From Bacteroidales bacterium (GTDB lineage Bacteria > Bacteroidota > Bacteroidia > Bacteroidales > GCA-2748055), in assembly GCA_021738565.1 (NCBI GenBank), contig JAIPBT010000020.1, positions 1,692-65,691 of the forward strand: 64,000 bases of DNA, read 5' to 3'. Position 1 is the stretch's first letter; the number at the start of each line of letters is the position of its first letter. Positions 48,049 to 57,553 of this stretch are shown piece by piece. The notes under the pieces are model-generated. The model saw only the letters and a list, made by a program, of their open reading frames with translations. It did not search any database and was not told the origin of the DNA. Both the position numbers and the translations under genes were made by a program.

Positions 48049-49365
48049 TTATTTCAGGGTAAGAACCAATATATAGTCAAGTTCCTGTTGGTGTTCCGGA
48101 ATACTGAATGCAATGGCATCCCCTATTCTTTTAAATTTAACACCCTGTGAGTCATCAAAGGTTTGAAGACCAACTGGCTTCCTTCCCTGTAGCGGGATCT
48201 CCAGTTCCTTTTTATCATTACTCAAAACATGAATATAAATTCTGTCGTCCATAACGGTTGTGGTTCCCCAATCGCCTTCCACGGGACCTCCCCTGGTTCC
48301 ATAAACAGTTTCACCATAAATATCCATCCATTCTCCCATTTCCGTTAAAGTTCTGACATTGGAGGGCTGGATCTTTCCGTTGGGCATCGGACCTGTATTT
48401 AAAAGTAAATTTGAGTTTTTCCCGGCTGCCCTTATCAGGAGATGCAGTAATGATTTCGTAGATTTGAAATTTGTATCAATAATACTGAAACCCCAGGAAC
48501 CGTTCATTGTTTCGCACATTTCAAGGGGTAGGTCACTGATTCCTGTTTGGTTAAACCCTACTGTATTCTGACCAGGAAGATCCTTTTCAAACATCTGAAA
48601 ATCCTCTCCGGGGAAAGGCATTTTATGGTGGTTACTTCCTATCAAAGCACCCGGCTGAAGTTCGTGGATAAGGGCATATGTTTCATCCAGTTTCCATGGA
48701 GCATCCCATTTGTCCCACATCCCGTCAAACCATATCCCTCCTATTTCTCCATAGTTTGTAAGCAATTCGGATAACTGGACATCCATATAATCAATGTACT
48801 TGTCCCAATTCCCACTCTCGGGCCTTCCTGTAAAGGTTCCTGTCCTTCCCCTGGGATAATAATCCGGATGATGCCAGTCAAGTTGAGAATAATAGAAAAA
48901 CAACTTTATCCCCTGGCGATCACATTCATCTTTCAGCATCTTCATAACATCCTTACCATATGGGGTGGCATCTGCGATGTTGTAATCAGATATTTCGGAG
49001 TCATACATAGCAAATCCATCATGATGTTTCGATGTAATGGTTATATATTTCATACCTGCCTTTTTGGCGAGACCGACCCATTCAGCAGGATCAAAATCAA
49101 TTGGATTGAAAAAATCCGGAAGCATTTCATACTGGGATACGGGAATTTTTTTCCGGTGCATAATCCATTCTGCGATCCCTTCGTCACCTCCACCTCCCAT
49201 AATGGAATAAACACCCCAGTGAATGAACAGTCCGAATTTGGCATCCATGAACCATTCCCTGTTCTCCAGGTTTTCCTGTGTGGGTTGATATCCTTCCTGG
49301 GCATTACTGCCAATACTCAACAGTAACACTGTTGCTGAAAAGAAAATAATAACGATATATTTCAT
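48049..49365 (-). CDS. alpha-L-fucosidase (GH29)
   Basis: Start at MKYIVIIFFSATV (signal peptide), with motifs FGLFIHWG and KHHDGFAMYDS. Confidence 0.88.
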   Translation of the reverse strand: MKYIVIIFFSATVLLLSIGSNAQEGYQPTQENLENREWFMDAKFGLFIHWGVYSIMGGGGDEGIAEWIMHRKKIPVSQYEMLPDFFNPIDFDPAEWVGLAKKAGMKYITITSKHHDGFAMYDSEISDYNIADATPYGKDVMKMLKDECDRQGIKLFFYYSQLDWHHPDYYPRGRTGTFTGRPESGNWDKYIDYMDVQLSELLTNYGEIGGIWFDGMWDKWDAPWKLDETYALIHELQPGALIGSNHHKMPFPGEDFQMFEKDLPGQNTVGFNQTGISDLPLEMCETMNGSWGFSIIDTNFKSTKSLLHLLIRAAGKNSNLLLNTGPMPNGKIQPSNVRTLTEMGEWMDIYGETVYGTRGGPVEGDWGTTTVMDDRIYIHVLSNDKKELEIPLQGRKPVGLQTFDDSQGVKFKRIGDAIAFSIPEHQQELDYILVLTLK

Positions 49366-49533
49366 TGTTATGTAATTTGATGATACCGAAAGATAAAGTT
49401 TTTTTGGACGGAAAAGCATTGTTTGCCTGGTTATATCATCTAAGCCTGGATTAATATCTATGAACAATTTATCTTTGCAGGTGTTTTCAGGCATTACTAA
49501 TGCAAAGAACCTGCTTTCAAAAAATACTTAACA

Positions 49534-50142
49534 ATGGCTTCACTACAAGAGAGACTGAATAAATGGAAAGCCCGCAAGTGGCATCAAAAAATGGGTGATA
49601 TAGTTTTCTGGCTATTCCTGGTAATGCTCATTGTTCCAGGCCCAAGAAAATTCATAGCCACCAACTTAAATAAGGTAATGCTTCATCTGCGACATCCATC
49701 CATTGAAAATTATGATAAAGCATACCAGCTGTCTGCTGGCGAATATAATTGGGACATTTACAACGAATCCGGTCAACCCGTAACTCCGGAAGACTTAAAA
49801 GGAAAAGTTATCTTTCTTAATTTCTGGGGTACCTATTGTCCTCCATGTATTGCAGAAATGCCTGAAATACAGGAAATCTATGACGAGTACAGTGATGAGG
49901 TTATGTTTGTTCTTGTCACAGCAGAAAATCCTGAAAAGGTCGGTTCATTCCTTGATGATAAAGGCTATGACCTGCCTGTATTCTTCGGAGGCAGACAAAT
50001 GCCGGAAGCGCTTTCCGTAAGGTCCATTCCCACAACATTTATTATCGGGAAGGATGGCCGAATTGTTACAAAAAAAATAGGCGCTGCCGATTGGAACAGT
50101 CGCGCTACAAGAAAAGTATTTAATGAATTGCTGACTAAGTAG
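49534..50142 (+). CDS. TlpA-family thiol:disulfide oxidoreductase
   Basis: N-terminal TM anchor and thioredoxin motif WGTYCPPC. Confidence 0.8.
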   Translation: MASLQERLNKWKARKWHQKMGDIVFWLFLVMLIVPGPRKFIATNLNKVMLHLRHPSIENYDKAYQLSAGEYNWDIYNESGQPVTPEDLKGKVIFLNFWGTYCPPCIAEMPEIQEIYDEYSDEVMFVLVTAENPEKVGSFLDDKGYDLPVFFGGRQMPEALSVRSIPTTFIIGKDGRIVTKKIGAADWNSRATRKVFNELLTK

Positions 50143-50184
50143 AAAATAAATATTACAGGAAGATTCTGCCTTTATTGCAATGCT

Positions 50185-51303
50185 CTATGCAGTTTTTCTG
50201 TAATTAAAAATGGCAAGTGAAAGGATCAGTATTCCATATAGGGTCAGACTGTAGAATTCCCTTGAGATATCGGCAAACCCCGAACCTTTTAAAAGTACCA
50301 TCCTGATGGCTTTCATAAAATAGGCCAATGGATTGATTACATTCATTTTTTGAGCCCAAACCGGCATACTTTCAACTGGAGTAAATACCCCGCTCATAAG
50401 TATAAATGTTACCATAAAGAAGAAAGCAACAAACATCAATTGCTGTTGCGTGTTCGATATTGTACTCAGAAACAATCCTATACCTAAAGCAACAATAAGA
50501 AATACAAATGCTGTCGAGAAGAGAAGCAGCAGGCTGCCACGAACAGGCAGATCAAATAAGATGCGTCCAATAACAAGTCCGAATGCAAGCTCAAAAAGTG
50601 CTATCAGCAAGAACGGAAGAAGTTTCGCGAGCAGGAACTGGTATTTTTTCATGGGTGTAACATTCATCTGTTCGGCTGTTCCCAGTTCTTTCTCCCTCAC
50701 AAGATTTAGCGCTGTTAAAAACATCCCTATAAGGGTTACAACGATCACAAGTATCCCTGAGAACATATATATCTTATAATCAAGGAGCGGATTGTACCAA
50801 TAGGATACTGAAGCGCTCATTGCAATCAATCCGCTGCTCTTATTAAGACCAAACCACTCTGCCCTGATCTCCTGATTGTAATCTGATATGATCTTACCGG
50901 AATACGCTCTGATCAATCCAGCCTCAGTTGCATTGATCGCATTGATGATCACCTGAACATCTGCCTGCTTATTTATAATGAGTTTTTTCTCAAAATCAGG
51001 TGTAAAATTAAGTATCATGTCTGCTTCATCCCGGATCAATGACTTCTCAGCCTCATTATATGAAAAGGCAGTTCCCTCAACTGTAAAAAAAGGCGATCCC
51101 TCGAAATGGGAAATCATTCTTCCTGATGCCTCACTCCTGTCCTGATCCACAATTACAATGTCAATGTTCTTCATCTCAAGACTGGCAGCATAAACCAGCA
51201 CGATCATTTGCACCACTGGCACAATAAATATTATTGGCAGCATCATCCTGTTCCGCAAAATCTGCAGTATTTCTTTTCGCAATAATGTAATCAATGTCTG
51301 CAT
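50185..51303 (-). CDS. ABC-2 type transporter permease
   Basis: 372 aa with an N-terminal TM, a large periplasmic loop and 5 C-terminal TM segments. Confidence 0.85.
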   Translation of the reverse strand: MQTLITLLRKEILQILRNRMMLPIIFIVPVVQMIVLVYAASLEMKNIDIVIVDQDRSEASGRMISHFEGSPFFTVEGTAFSYNEAEKSLIRDEADMILNFTPDFEKKLIINKQADVQVIINAINATEAGLIRAYSGKIISDYNQEIRAEWFGLNKSSGLIAMSASVSYWYNPLLDYKIYMFSGILVIVVTLIGMFLTALNLVREKELGTAEQMNVTPMKKYQFLLAKLLPFLLIALFELAFGLVIGRILFDLPVRGSLLLLFSTAFVFLIVALGIGLFLSTISNTQQQLMFVAFFFMVTFILMSGVFTPVESMPVWAQKMNVINPLAYFMKAIRMVLLKGSGFADISREFYSLTLYGILILSLAIFNYRKTA

Positions 51304-51306
51304 AAC

Positions 51307-52413
51307 TTATTCCAGTCGTGTTTTAAACCTTCTAATTGCCATAACTATAAAGAATGATGTCATAAAGAGAAGTATCAGTGTTTCTTTCCATACAAATGCC
51401 AATCCCGTACCCTTGAGCATAATGTTCTTGATGATTACTATGAACCACCTTGCCGGCATGATGGCCGAGAACCACTGCAATACCTTTGGCATATTCTCAA
51501 TCGGAAATATAAATCCTGACAACAATATTGTTGGCAGCATCAATCCTACCATGGAAATAATCATGGCAATCTGCTGTGTTCTGGCCGCTGATGAAATAAA
51601 AACACCAAGGGATAATGCAAGTGTAATGTACAGCAGGCATTCAAAGAGCAAAAGTAGAATGCTTCCACGAATTGGCACGTGGAATATCAATACTCCAAGG
51701 ATAAGAATTGTAAGCGCATTGATAAATGATAACATAACATAGGGCGTTACTTTGCCCAGGATGATCTCCCTTGGGTGCAACGGGGATGCAAGTAAAGGCT
51801 CCATTGTGCCAAATTCTTTTTCACGTGTTATGGTAACAGAGGTCATCAATGCAGATATAAGCATCAATATCAGGGCCATCAGACCAGGTACAAACATATA
51901 AACACCCCTAAGTTCAGGATTATACATCATTCTTGATCTTACATTCACCTGCCATGGAATAGAAACATTGCCTTTCCATTTATTGAAATAATCTGCAATG
52001 ATCGCCTGTGCATAATTCACAGAAAGCACCGCTGAGTTGGCATCGGATGCATCAACAACAAGTCTGAGAGAAACAATATTTTCAGTATATAGCTTTTTTT
52101 CAAAATCACGGGCAAACACCAGTACAAGCTTTGCTTTCTGACTTTTGAATATCCTGTCTATTTCATCTTCAGAACTCAAATTTCCTGCATTGACAAAATA
52201 ATCCGAAGACAGTATCTTTTGGCTTATTTCCTTTGAAACCGGATCTCCCGACTGATCAAGTATTGCCAGTCTGATATCTTTCAGGTCATTGCTGACAACA
52301 TAACCAAACAATACGATCATTACAACGGGCAATCCGAATAATATGACAAGTGTCCGGGGATCCCGGAATATATGTCTGAACTCTTTTATTACAAAACCTC
52401 TGAATCTTTTCAT
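51307..52413 (-). CDS. ABC-2 type transporter permease
   Basis: 368 aa, a paralog of the downstream permease with the same topology. Confidence 0.85.
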   Translation of the reverse strand: MKRFRGFVIKEFRHIFRDPRTLVILFGLPVVMIVLFGYVVSNDLKDIRLAILDQSGDPVSKEISQKILSSDYFVNAGNLSSEDEIDRIFKSQKAKLVLVFARDFEKKLYTENIVSLRLVVDASDANSAVLSVNYAQAIIADYFNKWKGNVSIPWQVNVRSRMMYNPELRGVYMFVPGLMALILMLISALMTSVTITREKEFGTMEPLLASPLHPREIILGKVTPYVMLSFINALTILILGVLIFHVPIRGSILLLLFECLLYITLALSLGVFISSAARTQQIAMIISMVGLMLPTILLSGFIFPIENMPKVLQWFSAIMPARWFIVIIKNIMLKGTGLAFVWKETLILLFMTSFFIVMAIRRFKTRLE

Positions 52414-52562
52414 CTGATATATTCAGTTCTATTATTCACATGCACTATAAATCAAATTGACCTGTTCATTCAGACTGATTTCATCAAATCCAGGGATATT
52501 ATTCTCCTTGCCTTTCAATGCGTGTTTTGGCAATATTTTTTCTTAAACCCACTGTATTCTAA

Positions 52563-52737
52563 CCTGAATTATTCATGAGTTTTTCGTGATGAGAATTCAG
52601 AGCGCCAAGCGTTAAGGGAAGCGCAAACTTTCGGCTCGCAGGAATAGCCTTAGTTATTTCGAGAACCGAAAGTTGAGCATTCTCTTTAATCGCAGGCGAT
52701 ATGGATTCGTAACAGATCAATTCGTGAATAATTCAGG
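52563..52737. mobile_element. Family-2 palindromic MITE-like element, 175-bp copy E, inside the efflux operon
   Basis: Inverted ends CCTGAATTATTCATGAGTT / AATTCGTGAATAATTCAGG, inner stem AACTTTCGG / CCGAAAGTT, and CTAA on both flanks (52559-52562 and 52738-52741). Confidence 0.7.
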
Positions 52738-52742
52738 CTAAA

Positions 52743-53477
52743 CTATTTGCCGTTTTTTGCCTTCATTGCAATCTTTAAAAATACCTCGTTCATGTTTGCA
52801 GCCTGGTAGGCTGATCTCATTCTGACAGGTGTATCAAGCGCCTCTATCCTGCCATCCACCATTATTGACACCCTGTCACAATATTCAGCTTCGTCCATGT
52901 AATGGGTAGTAACAAAAACTGTCATTCCCTGTTCCGCAGTCTCATGTATCAATTCCCAGAACTGGCGCCTTGTTATGGGATCAACCCCGCCCGTTGGTTC
53001 ATCCAGAAACACAATTCTTGGATTGTGAAAAACAGCAACCGAAAATGCAAGTTTTTGCTTCCAGCCCAGCGGGATCTCACTGATCCTTCTTTTGCGAATC
53101 GCCATCATTCCAAGCCGCTCAAGCAACTCCTCCTCCCTGGTAATTATTTTCTTCTTACCCATACCATAAATACCGGCATAAAGCCTGATGTTCTCTGATA
53201 CGGTAAGGTCTTCATACAAAGAGAATTTCTGAGACATGTAACCAATATTCTTTTTGATATTCTCCCTCTCATTGTAAACATTGTATCCGGCCACTTCTAT
53301 CTCCCCGGAACTTGGATATGAAAGTCCGCACAGGATCTTTATCGCTGTTGTTTTCCCCGCGCCATTGGCCCCCAGAAAACCAAAAATCTCTCCCTCCCCC
53401 ACATCAAATGTCAGTTGGTCATTGGCTGTGAATGATCCGAATTTTTTAACGAGATTTCTGACTTTTATTATGGCCAT
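52743..53477 (-). CDS. ABC transporter ATP-binding protein
   Basis: Walker A GANGAGKTT, signature-like PLGWKQKL and Walker B IVFLDEP. Confidence 0.92.
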   Translation of the reverse strand: MAIIKVRNLVKKFGSFTANDQLTFDVGEGEIFGFLGANGAGKTTAIKILCGLSYPSSGEIEVAGYNVYNERENIKKNIGYMSQKFSLYEDLTVSENIRLYAGIYGMGKKKIITREEELLERLGMMAIRKRRISEIPLGWKQKLAFSVAVFHNPRIVFLDEPTGGVDPITRRQFWELIHETAEQGMTVFVTTHYMDEAEYCDRVSIMVDGRIEALDTPVRMRSAYQAANMNEVFLKIAMKAKNGK

Positions 53478-53480
53478 TCG

Positions 53481-54401
53481 CTATGATTTGACAGTTTGAA
53501 CAGATAACAATTGCATAAAGTAGTCTTCAATTCCAGGATCTGATTTTCTCAGATCAGCATCAGGAATATCCCACGATGCTATTGACGACCTTAAAAGGTC
53601 CGCATCCCGTTCACTGGTAGTAACAATATGCAATTCATCACCGAACAACCAGGCGGAAATGGTATTGCTGATGCCATGTATCTGTTCCAGGTAATTGTAT
53701 ACTTTCCTGCTCGATTTGAATATAAATAACTGTTTGTCAGCACTTAATCTGAGATCTGCAGGGTCGCTGACCGATAGCAAAGTCCCCTTCTGGATCAACC
53801 CGACCCGGTCACATTGAGCAGCTTCATCCATATATGGAGTGGAAACCAGTATGGTAATACCTTCACTGCTGATCTGATGTAACATATCCCAGAATTCCTT
53901 CCGCGAAACCGCGTCAACACCCGTGGTCGGTTCATCAAGGATAAGTACATCAGGTCGGTGTATCAGTGCACATGACAATGCAAGTTTCTGCTTCATACCT
54001 CCCGACAACTTGCCTGCCAACCGGTCCTTAAATGGTTCAATCTTCATGTAAATGTCCTTAATAAGATCATAATTCTTTTCTACTGAAGTACCGAAAACCG
54101 TAGCATAGAACTGAAGGTTTTCAATTACTGAAAGGTCCATATAAAGTGAAAACCTGCCCGGCATGTATCCAATGATTTTTCGTATTTTCCGAAAATCCTT
54201 TCTTACGTCCAGCCCTTTCACTGTGGCCGATCCCTTGTCGGCATTAAGCAAGGTAACCAGGATTCTGAATAATGTGGTCTTCCCAGCTCCGTCCGGACCA
54301 ATAAGACCAAAGATTTCACCCTCTTTTGTACTGAAAGTGATATCTCTCAATGCATCTACATCTTGAAATGATTTCGATATGGAATGTAATTCAAACGACA
54401 T
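53481..54401 (-). CDS. ABC transporter ATP-binding protein
   Basis: Walker A GPDGAGKTT, signature LSGGMKQKL and Walker B VLILDEP. Confidence 0.92.
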   Translation of the reverse strand: MSFELHSISKSFQDVDALRDITFSTKEGEIFGLIGPDGAGKTTLFRILVTLLNADKGSATVKGLDVRKDFRKIRKIIGYMPGRFSLYMDLSVIENLQFYATVFGTSVEKNYDLIKDIYMKIEPFKDRLAGKLSGGMKQKLALSCALIHRPDVLILDEPTTGVDAVSRKEFWDMLHQISSEGITILVSTPYMDEAAQCDRVGLIQKGTLLSVSDPADLRLSADKQLFIFKSSRKVYNYLEQIHGISNTISAWLFGDELHIVTTSERDADLLRSSIASWDIPDADLRKSDPGIEDYFMQLLSVQTVKS

Positions 54402-54402
54402 A

Positions 54403-55293
54403 TTACAGTTTTAATTCCCCGGGCATTCCTATCTTAAGTTCTCCCTGGTCATTGCTGACTTCAATCTTTATGGCATATACCAGGTTAACCCGCTCCTCTC
54501 TTGTTTGGATGATTTTTGGGGTAAATTCTGCCTCCGATGATATCCATATCACCTTCCCTGTAAGTTCTTTCAATGTGTCTCCCTTATCATAATATACACG
54601 TACATCCTGACCGATCTTAATATCCGACAATTGTCGGCCGCTGATATAGGCTCTGAGAATCAATGTATCCAGATCCGCAATTTTGTAAAGCGATTGGCCG
54701 GGCATCACGATCTCCCCCTCCTCTTTGTATTTTTGTAAAACAATACCACTGATCGGGTTATTAATGATCGACCTTTCGATCTGATCATTTACCAGTGCAA
54801 GTTGTATATCCAGTGCATCCGACTCTGCAAGAAGGGTCGCCTTTTGGGTTTTCATCGCATTGATCTGTGATGCAAGGAAACGAACATTGCCTTCGATCTC
54901 ATCCCGTTTCTGTAAAGTTGCAGCGCCATCCTTTACAAGGCTTTGGATCCTGTTGTATTCCCTTCTCACATTCTTCAGTTGAACCTCCTGGGCCTCCACC
55001 TGGGAAAGCAAGGTATGCATCTTTGTTTTAAGTGTCTGCATAGAAGCTATGATCTGCTGCTTTTGCAGATGGAAGGTTGTTGTATCCGTTAAGCCAACAG
55101 GAACATCCGCAGAGAAGTAAAGTCCCTCTTCTATTTTAAACCTTAATAGCTTCCCCTGACTTTCAGAAGACACGATCACCGGATTGGCCTCAAAATTACC
55201 ATATGCATCAGGACCGTCCCCATTGTTATTACAGGATGGAACTGTAATAGAGGAAACAAGAATTATTGCGGATATATACAGTATTTCTCTCAT
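54403..55293 (-). CDS. HlyD-family membrane fusion protein
   Basis: Lipoprotein-like N-terminus, central coiled coil and a C-terminal beta-barrel pattern. Confidence 0.85.
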   Translation of the reverse strand: MREILYISAIILVSSITVPSCNNNGDGPDAYGNFEANPVIVSSESQGKLLRFKIEEGLYFSADVPVGLTDTTTFHLQKQQIIASMQTLKTKMHTLLSQVEAQEVQLKNVRREYNRIQSLVKDGAATLQKRDEIEGNVRFLASQINAMKTQKATLLAESDALDIQLALVNDQIERSIINNPISGIVLQKYKEEGEIVMPGQSLYKIADLDTLILRAYISGRQLSDIKIGQDVRVYYDKGDTLKELTGKVIWISSEAEFTPKIIQTREERVNLVYAIKIEVSNDQGELKIGMPGELKL

Positions 55294-55367
55294 GATTGTT
55301 TATTCGTTTAATATTTATCATTTCCCGTTGTAATATCATGATTACCAGATACCATGTTCGTTTCATT

Positions 55368-56633
55368 TTATAGTGTTCCGTTCAAAAGATTATAATTGGC
55401 AATGGATTGCCTGAGCTTTAATTTGTGAGTGGCTCTTGCAACACGGGTTGACACTTCTTCATTTAAAACCTGCAGAAAATCCGTTGCTGAAATAACCCCC
55501 TGATCCAGTTCAGTCGATGTAACCCGGGTAATTTCCTTTCTGAGCTGAAGCATTTTTTGATCAAGGTCCAGCGCGCTTTCCAAATAATCCATCTTCCTGT
55601 ACTCTTTTTTCATTGCTGCATCTGTATGCATCAAAAATGTCTCTTTCGAGTTTTCAATGATCATTTTTCTTTTTTCCAGCAACTGCTCCTCCCTGTTTGT
55701 CTTGTTCCAGTCCCAGATATTCCAGTTCAAACCTGCTCCCACCATGTAGTATGTATCAAGTTGGTCATTCAACATGTTGTATCCGGGCATACCAATCCCC
55801 GCCTGTCCGAAAGCAAATAACTTTGGCATGCGATTTACCCGTGAAATTTTCTTGCCGATATCCAGCATTTCCGACTGAAGGTTGAAAAGATCGAGTTCAG
55901 GCCGGTTGATGTCATTCGTACTATAACATTCAATATATGGAGAGATGAAAACCGTTCGCTCATTCAGGACCCTTCCAATATAGACAGACAAAACATCAAG
56001 TGTTCCATGCCTGGCTGCATCAAGCTCTGATATCAATTGAAGAATCTTAAGAATTTCAACCCTGATCACATTCAGGTCTGTTTCCCTTGCAATACCGTTT
56101 TCAATGGCAGAGATCAGGATCTCTTCCCTTGATTTGAGATTTTCCAATGCAATTTCAAGATTATTCGTATTCTCCTCCAATAATAAAACTGAAAAATACA
56201 ATTCAGTTGTACTTCCCTTTAAAGAATGCAAATCAATTTCAGCTTTTTTCATAGAAGATTCTGTTGCTGCAAGTTCATATGCTTTCCTGTAACCTGACAA
56301 GCCACCATCATATATTGTCTGCCTGATATCTAAATTAATACCATACTGCTCATTTGGCATTTCAGGGAAATCGATCATTATGCCCGGCTGATCAATTTCA
56401 AATGAGACCACATCAGATTGATAAGATGCTTTTCCGTTTAATTCCAGTGTCGGATACCATGATGCTCTTATGTTGTCCTGTATCAAATGTCCCTGTTCAT
56501 CAATTATCTGTTTATCCCTTAACCTGGGAGCATTCTCAATTACAAGTTCAAGGCACTCACGAAAAAACAGGGTATCCTGGGCAGTGACCATCACGGGAAG
56601 TAAGAGAAATAATAGGGCAATTCTATGTTTCAT
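55368..56633 (-). CDS. TolC-family outer membrane efflux protein
   Basis: 421 aa with a signal peptide and two repeated OEP-type helical halves. Confidence 0.85.
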   Translation of the reverse strand: MKHRIALLFLLLPVMVTAQDTLFFRECLELVIENAPRLRDKQIIDEQGHLIQDNIRASWYPTLELNGKASYQSDVVSFEIDQPGIMIDFPEMPNEQYGINLDIRQTIYDGGLSGYRKAYELAATESSMKKAEIDLHSLKGSTTELYFSVLLLEENTNNLEIALENLKSREEILISAIENGIARETDLNVIRVEILKILQLISELDAARHGTLDVLSVYIGRVLNERTVFISPYIECYSTNDINRPELDLFNLQSEMLDIGKKISRVNRMPKLFAFGQAGIGMPGYNMLNDQLDTYYMVGAGLNWNIWDWNKTNREEQLLEKRKMIIENSKETFLMHTDAAMKKEYRKMDYLESALDLDQKMLQLRKEITRVTSTELDQGVISATDFLQVLNEEVSTRVARATHKLKLRQSIANYNLLNGTL

Positions 56634-57240
56634 CGTTCATTCTATTTATCATTCTTTCTATCATAAAAGGCACCATCTGTTTCCTTTCCTTCATGGCACG
56701 GATATAGGCATCCTCATTGCCATCATACATAAGATTTAGGATCATTGACCTTGCTGCAAAAGGAAAAATACACAAACTGAGTGCATTCATGATCAAATGA
56801 CGGGGATCAACAGGCAATTGCCTTAAAAACTCATCATTTTTAAAGGTATCGATCGCAAAATCGCTGTCAATACCCAGCTCTTTAACGATCTGTGGCATCC
56901 GGTCCGGATTCGATGATAGCTCCTGTAAAACAAAAACTGGAATCTGAGGATTTTCAATCATAGTATCTATGATAACATGAACCAGTTGGGTCAGGTAGTC
57001 CCTGAAAGATCTTCCATTGTGGATCAGCCTGGCAATTTCAGGTACAAAGCGACTGAGTGTATTTCTGAAAACCGCCTCGAAAAGTTTGTCCTTGGTCCTG
57101 AAATAATAATTCAACGAAGTCCGTGTGATCTGCGCTTCATCAGCAATATCCTGCATCGAAGCACCATTTTTACCCTTTTGGTAAAACACCTTCTCAGCTG
57201 CCTCCATGATCTTGATCTCTGCTTCGGTAATTGATTCCAT
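56623..57240 (-). CDS. TetR/AcrR-family transcriptional regulator
   Basis: N-terminal HTH GASMQDIADEAQITRTSLNYYFRTKDKLF. First gene of the efflux operon. Confidence 0.88.
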   Translation of the reverse strand: MESITEAEIKIMEAAEKVFYQKGKNGASMQDIADEAQITRTSLNYYFRTKDKLFEAVFRNTLSRFVPEIARLIHNGRSFRDYLTQLVHVIIDTMIENPQIPVFVLQELSSNPDRMPQIVKELGIDSDFAIDTFKNDEFLRQLPVDPRHLIMNALSLCIFPFAARSMILNLMYDGNEDAYIRAMKERKQMVPFMIERMINRMNDET

Positions 57241-57376
57241 TTGACAATTTTGTTATACGAAAATGTTTGACATTATTGTTTAACTATTTCGTAAAAATAC
57301 ACAATAGGTCGATATCTGTCAAGTTTTTTAAGAATATATTAAAATATTTATCATTACTTTTATGGCATTCTATTTA

Positions 57377-57523
57377 GTACTTGTCAATAAAGTTGGAGTG
57401 GCTGGATCATAAAGTTTGAGAGCAAAGCGCGCAAAAATCTTAAACCGCAGTATCCGCCGACGGACGGATTTGAGGATTTAAGATTTTTGCAGCAATGCAG
57501 CTATCGGACTTTATGGACAGACA
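57377..57523. mobile_element. Family-1 palindromic MITE-like element, copy C (different inner module)
   Basis: Same outer ends as copy B, a flanking 7-bp direct repeat CTATTTA (57370-57376 and 57524-57530), and an inner perfect 14-bp stem GCAAAAATCTTAAA / TTTAAGATTTTTGC. Confidence 0.7.
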
Positions 57524-57553
57524 CTATTTACACACTCGTCAAAGTATTCACAG

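Noticed and set aside
57256-57293. Inverted repeat TACGAAA-N24-TTTCGTA and direct repeat TTGACAWT upstream of the TetR gene, considered as a possible TetR operator.
   Set aside because: The arms are short (7 bp) and the spacing is much larger than typical TetR operators. This is a plausible chance occurrence in AT-rich DNA.
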